Shown piece by piece: positions 40,295 through 50,046 of a DNA stretch of 64,000 nt. Position 1 is the stretch's first letter. Every line of letters starts with the position of its first letter. This DNA comes from Geosiphon pyriformis uo1 (taxonomy: Eukaryota > Fungi > Glomeromycota): assembly GCA_016748015.1 (NCBI GenBank), contig JAAOMT010000007.1, forward strand, positions 1 through 64,000. Direction: 5' to 3'. Under the pieces are notes generated by a model that ran no database searches, was not told the DNA's origin, and saw only the letters and a program-made list of their open reading frames with translations. Both the position numbers and the translations under genes were made by a program.

Positions 40295-40835
40295 TAAGCA
40301 ACCTTTCATATTACAAATAAATAATTATTCACCATTTCAATCTACTTTCTACTATTAACACTTCATATTGATAGTAATTAATACTTAACTACACTAGAAC
40401 AATAGCTCTTGATCATGGCTATTAATAAAATACTAACTTGCAATTGCTTTTACTTATTTCTTTATTTTCTTTTATTTTCTTTTATTTCTTTTGTTATTTT
40501 TTTAGTTTTACTAAATTAATTAAGGATTAAGCACTAAGATACAGATGTTATAGGAACTGGTAAAAGATCTGTAAAACAAGGGTTGAACACTCATAGATTT
40601 AAGGATAGCTTACCAGAAGAATTACTGGCCACCATGCTGAGAAAAAAATTTGACAAAACTGTGGTTATAGAAAGCTACAGATAAAACCATCAATTAAATC
40701 TCTGTCTACTATACAAAAGACTCCATACCAAAACCTTCAGAAAATACACCTTCAGATATTAACACCACATATCAACCAAGCACCAAGTTACAAGTTTGTT
40801 ATTTGATTTGAGACCCCAAATAATCACCTGTAATA
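40295..40835 (+). repeat. 5' LTR of A2 (first ~320 bp missing)
   Basis: Aligns to 49506-50046 only. Confidence 0.9.
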
Positions 40836-40837
40836 TT

Positions 40838-40853
40838 TGGTGCTCTTTGTGAG
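40838..40853 (+). promoter_or_regulatory. Primer-binding site TGGTGCTCTTTGTGAG
   Basis: Lies 2 nt after the LTR and is complementary to a tRNA 3' end (...CUCAC....AGCACCA). Confidence 0.82.
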
Positions 40854-40859
40854 ATATAA

Positions 40860-43190
40860 TTTTACAGAGAACCAGCACCAACAACAATCATTTAAAAGTA
40901 GCAGAATCAGAAATCATAAGAGCAAACCACATAAGATTTGCCAAATTCTTGTTTCAACAGTACAGCCAACAATTAGAATTAAACAATAACCATTTCCCAG
41001 CAGAATTAGCCTTCAACTTTTACATCAATGATAAAATCACAGACTGCTTAAAAGAAATAGTTAACATTGAATCTGCAAGTGAAAATTTCTATACAGAATT
41101 ATTTCAACATACCAGCTTACCAAGAAACTACAGTTTCACATCAATCATCAGGGAAATCAATCAAACTATTGAGAGATACACACAACAACAATTCCCTATC
41201 ACTTATGTTAACAAAGGCAAAAGAAGATTGCAAACACCAACAGTAATACTAAAACAAATACAACCATTTACTTGGAAGAAAACCAGAGTTGAATCACCAA
41301 TCAATTCATCATACTATTACATTCCAAGAAGCACTATCAACATCTCATCAACAGGCACATTTATATTATATGTGACATCAACATTTGGCCAATTCCTATT
41401 TCAAAGTAAACAAAAGAAAGCAGAATTACTAGAAACTTATGGTGACTACTTTGAGGAATTTAAATCATGATCACCAATGCCATTAGGATTCCAATCACCA
41501 CCACCTCAACCAGATTTTGGAAATGCAAATTCCTGAGAGATAATAAAATCAGAAGGAGAACAAGAAAAAAAAGCCAAAAATCAAGAATTTACTTACCAGA
41601 ACTTAATCTTAGAGAATCTAGAAGTTGAAACTCTAAACATTAAAACCCAGCAAACTCAAAACAATCCAAACACTGAAGCAATTAATCAGCAAAACTTATC
41701 TTCAATATTCATCATAGATTAACCACCAATTAAATTGATTATTGAACTAATTCAACAACAGCCACTTTAACCATCTCAATAACTACAGCAGCCACTTCAA
41801 CAGCCACAACAACAACTTCAACAACCAAACTTGAATTCAATAATCTATATTCCAATAACAAAACTCAAGAAATTTACTGGCAAAGAAAATGATACTTAAA
41901 TATGACTTAATAATGTTGAAAAGACCATTACAGTCAACAAATAAAATGACGCAAAAGCATTCCAAGCCATCTCCTATTTCTTACAGGATACTGCCAACTC
42001 ATGATATCAAAGTTTAGTTGCCAAACCCCAGACATTTTAGGAATTCAAAGTTGCATTCCTGAGATATTTCAGTAATAATAACAATATTAATTGCCTAGCC
42101 AACATCTTTACCACAATCAAACAAGAAGAAACTGAAGCAGTTACCACTTACTTGAGATGTTTCCACAGAAATTTGCACCAAATCTAAGCAATCCAAGCTG
42201 ACTATTTTACAGCACCTTAAATTCTAAACCAGTTCATTTGTGGATTGCACAGTAGCATTTTTCAATGTGTACATCTAATGCATCCAGCAGATCTTCAAGC
42301 CACCATGACAAATGCCAGAGATTTTGAAGTAGCTGAACTTAAAGCTAACCATGCCCAAACTGTCAATCTAGTAATGAACAGATCATCTGAATTGGATTCT
42401 AAGTTGAAACAATTCAGTGATTCCATCAACCAAAAATTAGAGGGATACTTAGCTAACAATTAGGCAATCTATCAACTTCTATAATGACACAATAATCAAG
42501 GAAACACAAATCATTTTCAGAATTAGTTGCATTCATCATTCTCAACCAATCAACAGTGGCAGCAGAAGATGCATGTTTGCCACTAATGTAGTAAACAAAC
42601 ACATTTAAGGATTGACTGTAAGTTAAGGATAGATAACCAACAATTGGGAAATCAATATTGAAACTCTGATTGCCAGTTTTGAACTCTGAATTACCAATCT
42701 AATCCAGCACCATATCAACCAACTTATCTGCCAATAACACAACAGCCAATATATCAACCATCTGTATATCAATCTCCAGTTTATCAATCACAACCACCAG
42801 TAATATATCAACTGCCGCAGCCACAAATAATTTATCAGACATCCACAGTTCAAATACTACCATTAAACTCAGCTTAAATGACATCAGGAAACCCTAGATT
42901 GAAAGTCATTCAAAACTGGAGATTGGCAATGGTTGTTCATCAACTGATTCCCAGTTCATTCAACCAGCTGTCAGGATCACTACAGTAGAGTTCAAGAACC
43001 AGATATACTCAAAACTTGAGTTCTCAGAACTATTTAAGTCTTCTGGTTACTCCAAAAGATGTCTTACCTAACAACTGAGAACCTAAACAAAAGCAACCAC
43101 TTACCAGCAATATTCCGCCAACTATTATCACAGAAAACAAGTTCTTAGCAGCTATATTCCTTTTTGAAATCAAGAAACCAACAGAAATCT
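40860..43190 (+). pseudogene. gag: A2 Gag: long N-terminal extension, capsid domain, zinc knuckle
   Basis: KLKKFTGKENDT*I*LNNVEK, FLRYFSNNN, ILNQFICGL, and knuckle CH*CSKQTHLRIDC near 42578-42620; same frame as the downstream pol fragments. Confidence 0.85.
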
Positions 43191-43192
43191 CT

Positions 43193-43620
43193 TTGTTTAA
43201 TAAAGTTACACTTGAGGAAAAACTTATTATGGCAATGTACACTAATACCAAAATTAATGGTCAGTCCATTAAACTAATTCTAGATAGTGGATCAGCTGGC
43301 AGCATCATCATAAGACAGTTCATGGACCAATTAGGTCACCAAGTTGATCACGCTGCCAGTGCAAAAATAATTACTGCTGATGGAGCCACCAAGACTTCAA
43401 TTGGTGAAATAGATGCCCTATCCATTGAAGTCAACAGTATTATTGTACCAATCAAGATATTAGTCATAGAAGCTACTTAGTACCAAACACTTATTGACAA
43501 CAACTGGCTGTCCAAAACTCATGCAACACTTGATTGAAACACCCAAGAACTTCAACTTAGTCAAAACAGTTGACATACACATGTATCAGCCATGTGTGGC
43601 CATTTCAAGCCAATCACTAC
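43193..43620 (+). pseudogene. A2 retropepsin aspartic protease
   Basis: IKLILDSGSAGSII, IITADG and LIDNNWL. Confidence 0.9.
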
Positions 43621-44839
43621 GCCAATAACACCACTCATTGAGTTCAAAGAAGAAAAAAAAAAACCTACCTGAGAAGCATATCAAATTTTGTGGGCCAACA
43701 ATGAGCACAACAAATTACTACCAGTGCCTTCATAAGACTACCAAGGCAAAAAAAAGCAAAAAAAGAAACCTATATGGAATAATAATCAAAATTGTAGAAC
43801 CAACAACAATCAAGACAAATTATCAACAACCTGGGAATGAGAAAAAGATAATATTAAAGGAAAAAGGAAAGAAGAAAAAGAAAATTCAATACCAATTCTT
43901 ACTTACCCTACACATACTTCCATACCATCACAACCAAACTATTGTTGACCAAAGCTTATATGTGATGATTGCAGCAAAAAATTGTTATTAATGGACACAT
44001 GCTATAGTGACAATGAGAAATACCAAACAGCAACCAAATTCTACTGCCATTTATGCATCATAGAACATTTCGGAAGACCAAAATGAGTGAGAAAATGGGA
44101 TAATGAGTCATGTTTGGCTTGTGGGGAAACTCTCTTTGATAAAGGAATATGAAATAACATTCCTGGAAGGAAAGGAACATGCGACAAATCATGTTAATAC
44201 ATGATTCTCATAAGTGACTGGGTAAGAAAAAAAACACTCATAGACACTGCCTAGAGACAAGCAGTCAAATATCTGGATGGCTGTTCACACAATAATGACA
44301 AAATTTAGTGAATGACCCTTACCAAAATTGAAAAAGCATTACCAGAAGAAATAAAAGCAATTAAAAATAACTTACCTGAACCCATAGAACTTGACTGAGA
44401 CCCAGAACCAGTCATAAACCTCCTGGATCCACAACAATTCTATGAACACTACCAAAAACTAGCACTCACAAGAGAAGAGCAAGAGCAATGCTTAGAGCAA
44501 CTGAACACTCAACTGTGTCAACATTGTCTAATTCCATGTGACTTCTAATATTGTAATGAGTGTGACCTCATTTACAATCTATCATCATGCATGATCTATA
44601 CAATCCCAGAAAAAGATGAACCAATCAATCACTGCACATCAGAATCGGAATCAACTTTCAATCCCAATTCAAACTTCAACAATGATGATGACAAAAATAA
44701 TGGTTCCAGCTCTACTTAATATAACAACAAAAATAACAATGATTTGGACTCCAATTCAAACTTTGAAACATATATCACACTTTCTGATTTTACCAAGAAG
44801 CAGAAACTAAAATGATTCAGCAATAACAATGAAGATATT

Positions 44840-45235
44840 ATGCCAGAATGTGCACATAATACTGATGCAGGGTTTGATCTGAGATATCCAAGAAAAGATG
44901 CCATTAAATTGAAACTATATTCATGCACATGCATCAATCTCAAAGTAGTATTAGAAATCTCAGCAACAACAATAGTACAATTAGCATTAAGAAATAGCTT
45001 AGTAAAAAAAGGAATCAACATTAAAGAAAGAATAATTGATGCAGAATATGTAAAAAATATTATTGCAATGCTACAAAATAATTTGGAAAAGACTTATATA
45101 ATAGAGCCAAATGAAAAGATAACACAGACAATATTCCTGCCTCTGGTAAAAGTAGCTCAATTAATATCAGTAGGAAACAGGGAAGAATTAGGAATTACAG
45201 CTAGAAGGATACAGAGATTTAGATCAACAGATAAA
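44840..45235 (+). pseudogene. dut: A2 dUTPase domain within Pol
   Basis: Decayed motifs I-V: DAGFDL, RNSL, IIDAEY, EKITQ and RRIQRFRST (RGxxGFGST). Confidence 0.9.
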
Positions 45236-45664
45236 ATAGATATACCAGTTAATATGACAGAGAAAGAAATTATGAACAAGGGAGAAATTATCTCCACCTA
45301 TCAACCAATTTTTATTCCACCATATGACCAGTATATGATAACTATAAAAAGAAAAGTAAAGAACCAAGCCCAGTTGTTTGAAGCAGAAGCCATCATTTGT
45401 GAATCAGGAGAAATTGGACTCACTAATTTTTACATATTAACCAAAAACCCCAAAAACATCAAAATTTTCATTTACAATACAACTGAAAATATTATTGAGA
45501 TACCAAAAAGAACCATCATCAGATACTTAACCACTGAAGTTAAGGATCAACCACCAAACTACATTTCAAATTTTCTACAGCTTTGTGGATATGTGAATAT
45601 CACATTACAAACCATTTATGAACAAAGCAAATATTATCTGCTCTAACTAGAACAATTAGAACAG

Positions 45665-47050
45665 ATGAATTTGGGAAACTTAAATCCATTTCAACGGATG
45701 CAACTCAAGATGTTACTCAATAATTTCAATGACATCTTTGCCAGTGAAAATGAATTTGGCAGAACTAACATAATCCAGCACCAGATCAAAACTGGAGATG
45801 TAATGTCAATAAAACAAAGAGCATATAGAGTACCACTAGCTAGTCATGAGATCATCTGTCAAGAAATCAATTGAATGCTTGACAATGAGCTAATTCAGTC
45901 ATCAATGAGTCCATGGTCATCAGCAGTGGTACTAGTCTGGAAAAAGAATGGAAAAATTTGTTTTTGTATGGATTATTGAAAACTGAATAGAGTAACCAAA
46001 GATAATAACTATCCAACTCCAAAAATCCAAGAACTATTCGATGCTTTTGGAGGAAATAAATGGTTCTTAACACTAGATTTAGATAGTAGTTACTGGCAAA
46101 TAGCCATAGATCCAGCCAACAAAGAGAAAACAGCATTTACCACAAGAGAAAAAACTTTTGAGTTTGAAGTCATGCCATTTGGCTTGATAAATGCTCCAGC
46201 AACATTTTAATGGCTTATGGAAATTGTCTATACTGGATTACTGTGGAAATCAGTAGTTGTTTACTTAGATGACACAAATATGTTTTTAAAAACATTCAAT
46301 GATCATCTTCACTATCTCCAACAAGTATTTGAAAAACTCAGACAAGCAAGATTGAAACTAAATGCCAACAAATGCTTCTTTGGGAAAACAGAACTAAAGT
46401 TTTTAGGACATGTAATGAGCAAAGACAGCATCAAAACAGATCCAAACAAGATTGAAGTTGTCAAGAATTTTCTAGTACCAAACAATCTCACTGAATTAAG
46501 AGCATTCTTGGAATTCACAGAGTACTATTACTGTTTTATCAAAGACTTTTTTAAACTGGCCCAGCCATTCCATCATTTACAAACTAAAAATGGAAAGTAT
46601 GAATGGACAGGAGTTCAACAAAAAGCATTCAACACACTGAAAAAAAAGCTTATTCAAGCTTCAGTATTGATGTATTCAGATCACAGCAAACTATTCATCA
46701 TTACTACTAATGCATCAGGCCAAGTATTGGAAGCAGTACTATCACAAAAAAGACCAGATAGAAGAGAAAATCCAGTAGCATATATTAGCCGAAGCTTGAG
46801 CCCAGCTGAAAAAAACTATGGAACACCAGCATTAGAACACTTAACAATCTATTGAGCAGTCATAAAATGGAAAAAATACTTGAGCCAAAGGTTTGAAATA
46901 TATATAGATCACAAAAGATTGACTTCAATTCAGAAGCAAAAATTTGGAGACAATTATTATACCAGATAGAAAATAAAACTTTCACCATTTAATTATACAG
47001 TACATTATAAAAAAGGAAAAGACAATGAAAATGCCAACGGATTGTTGTGA
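45665..47050 (+). pseudogene. pol: A2 reverse transcriptase and RNase H
   Basis: SPWSSAVVLV, LDLDSSYWQI, VMPFGLINAPATF, YLDD at 46262-46273, FLGH, TNASGQVLEAVL and AYISRSLSPAEKNY. Confidence 0.95.
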
Positions 47051-47199
47051 ATAAAACAAATCTAAAAACATTTCAACCCAAAAATATAACAAAAAATAAA
47101 TATACAAAAATACCAACAACTCCAATATTATATAAATACTTAATTGTCAAGAAAAAATTAGCTCAACAGGAACAAAGAAGCATAAAACAACAATCAAAA

Positions 47200-48470
47200 T
47201 ATTTTATCAACCATCAAAATATACTTTACTAGAAGAACAGAAGAAATTCAGATCAACCAACCAGAATAATTACTGAACCAGAGAAAGAAACAATACTATT
47301 TAACATGCATTCAAATCCAACAGCAGGATATTTTCATAAAAAAACAACCATAGAAAGAACCAGAAAAAGATACTATTGGCCATTAATATATTTGGATATT
47401 ATTTAATACGTTCAAAGTTGTAATGCTTGTCAAAGAAGAGGTGGAACAAAACCCAGTAAACCATTAAAACCAATCAAAGTAAAACAACCATTTGACTATA
47501 TCGGAATTGACTTAATCAGACCATTAACAATTACCAGCAGAGGCAACAGATATATTGCAGTAGCCATAGATTATCTCACAAAATAGCCAGAAGTAAAAGC
47601 CATTCAAAGAGCAGATGCAAAATCTGTTGCCAAATTCATTCATCAAGATTTGATCTGTTAACACGGATGTCCAAAAAAACTACTATCAGATCAAGGAACC
47701 CACTTTGTGAACAGAATATTGACAGAATTAAGTCAAAGATTTGGAATTAAAAGACTATCATTATTACTATATCATTCACAAACCAATAGATTAGTTAAAA
47801 AATTCAATAGAACACTGTGTAAAGCAATTGTCAAGATTAGTCAAGAAAACCAGAACAAATAGGACTTGTTTATACCATCAGCATTATTGGCTTATTGGAC
47901 AATGAAGCAAGACACTACATAAGCAACACCATTTGAATTAGTATATGGTAGAACAGCAATATTACCAGTTGAAATAGAAGTCAATACTTATCCAACAGAA
48001 CCAATAACTGAAGACAATTTTTAGAAAATGTTACTAAGAAGAACATATGACTTAATGGAAACACTAGAAAACAAACAGCAAAGAGCAGCTAATAACATTC
48101 AAAAGTTACAAAAAAAACAAAAAGAAAGACATGATAACCAACTACCAGAGAAACCAGTTGAATTTAAGATTGAAGACAAAGTACTTCTACATTATACCAA
48201 AGTAGAAAAACAATAGAGTGGAAAATTTGATCCCAAATGGAATAGACCATTTTACATTAAAGAAATTCTTAGAAATAGAGCTTATAAATTAAGATAAGAC
48301 AACAAAATCTTAACCAAAGCAGTACATGGTGATCAACTGAAATCATATTACCATATAGTGTTACCATCCACCAATAACATTCTACAATTGAGAGTACAAA
48401 GAATACTAGTCCAACCAGATGAGATTCTACAAGATCTGGAACCAATCATAATAATTAGACCAAATACATA
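47200..48470 (+). pseudogene. pol: A2 integrase (Zn finger, DDE core, GPF motif; no chromodomain seen)
   Basis: MHSNPTAGYFH...SCNACQ, IGIDLI, LLSDQGTHF, QTNRLVKKFNRTL, TPFELVYGR and KWNRPFYI. Confidence 0.9.
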
Positions 48471-48501
48471 AAATTGAACAATAAAGAGAATATATAAAGA
48501 C

Positions 48502-49170
48502 ATGACAGACACAACAAAAGACTTCAGAAAAATAGAAATCACTAATAACATTCACTCACTAGCACAACAATTCTTCCAACTGATTCAACAACAGAATATA
48601 GAAATTACTATCAATCAACAAACTATTTGACACCAAGATACTAGAAAGAGACCCAAATGCAAAAGTCAAAAGAAAACAGAAAACACTATTAACAAAATGG
48701 TGTTGAAAATAAAATTAGCAATAAAAGAACCAATAAGTATTAACGCATATTAAGAGTTGACTAAAGAAACTTAAAAATAATAGATACACAAATTTTCAAG
48801 AAACTTTTGTTATTTCCACTTGGGATGACACTTGAATATTCAGAACTTATACACAGATAAAACAAAACGATTATTTGACACAACTATACTGCAACAACTG
48901 GAACAATTTGTGGGAAAAAACAATCTAACAATACAAGCAAAAGCCATCTATCAATTGCATATTAGATTTCAAGACAGACCAGAAATTTTACTTAATCTGG
49001 AAATGGACTCCATTACAGTTAATCAAATAGGAAAAATAACTAACACCCAATTTGAAGAATTACAGAACAAAATAACTCAAGCAATTCTCAAAAAAAAAGT
49101 TTAAGAAATACTCTAAGATAGAGAATTAGAGTTAGAAGATTTGGGAGATCTCGACGAAGCTCAATATTAA
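48502..49170 (+). pseudogene. A2 extra sense ORF (ORF3, 222 codons, unknown function) between integrase and PPT
   Basis: One frame from ATG 48502 to TAA 49170, interrupted only by transition-type stops; includes track ORF 48832-49104. Confidence 0.72.
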
Positions 49171-49184
49171 AAAGAAGAGGATAA

Positions 49185-50046
49185 TGTTACTCATAAAATA
49201 TAGGAGGTATATTAGCATATAAATTAGCCAATCAAAAGTAGCTGTAGTAAATGTGGAATTCCAGAATTTCTCTTAAGAGGAATTACAGGCTTCCAGAAAT
49301 TTCAGGATTCCCGTACAAGAAATCCCAGGATTCCCGAATTCCAGAATTCCTCTTAAAAAAAATTGCAGGATTCCTGGAATTTCAGAATTCTTGGTGTGAA
49401 GAATTGAAGAATTGAGGAATTACAATTATGTATATATAGCAGTAGTATTGGAAGCAGAAAAAGACAGAATTCTTTAGTTAGAGACCTCTCAGTTTAGATT
49501 TGATCTAAGCAATCTTCCACATTACTAATAAATAATTATTCACTATTTCAATCTATTCTTTACTATCAACACTTTATGTTGATAGTAATTGATACTTAAC
49601 TACACTGAAACAATAGCTTTTAATCACAGTTATTGATGAGATACAAATTTGCAATTGCTTTTACTTATTTCTTTATTTTTTTTTATTTTCTTTTATTTCT
49701 TTTGTTATTTTTTTGGTTTTATTAAATTGATTAAGAATTAAGTGCTAAGATACAGAAGTCATAAGGACTGGTAAAAAACCTGTGAAACAAGAGTAGAACA
49801 CTCATAGATTTAAGGATAGCTTACCAGAAGAATTACCGGCCACCACACTGAGAAAAAAATTTGATGAAACTGTGGTTTTGGGAAGCTACAGATAGAACCA
49901 TCAATTAAATTTCTGTCTATTATACAAAGAACTCTATACCAAAATCTTCAAAAAACACACCTTCAGATATTAACACCACATATCAACCAAGCACCAAGTT
50001 ATAGATTTGTTATTTGATTTGAGACCCTAAATAATCACCTATAATA
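49185..50046 (+). repeat. 3' LTR of A2 (862 bp) with TTCnnGAA array and TATA-like box (~49427-49440)
   Basis: tgttactcat...cacctataata, preceded by PPT aaagaagaggataa. Confidence 0.92.

Larger units (their letters stand above)
40295..50046 (+). mobile_element. Family A copy A2 (best preserved): partial 5' LTR, PBS, gag-pol, ORF3, PPT, 3' LTR
   Basis: 40295-40835 repeats 49506-50046; PBS at 40838; PPT at 49171-49184; domain order PR-RT-RH-IN. Confidence 0.94.

Noticed and set aside
40838-40853. tRNA gene
   Set aside because: Only about 16 nt complementary to a tRNA 3' end (a PBS); no cloverleaf.
44840-45646. Host dUTPase gene
   Set aside because: It is in frame with protease and RT inside an LTR element and is repeated in other elements.
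40860-48470. Alternative genetic code (TGA=Trp; organelle or mollicute endosymbiont) to explain the in-frame stops
   Set aside because: TAA, TAG and TGA all occur, at positions that differ between A1 and A2, and catalytic residues are also hit. This is mutational decay.
48230-48470. Chromodomain at the integrase C-terminus
   Set aside because: Only a GPF-type motif and a short tail are present; no chromodomain pattern is visible.
48502-49170. ORF3 as an envelope gene
   Set aside because: It is short and shows no signal peptide, transmembrane helix or Cys-rich ectodomain.
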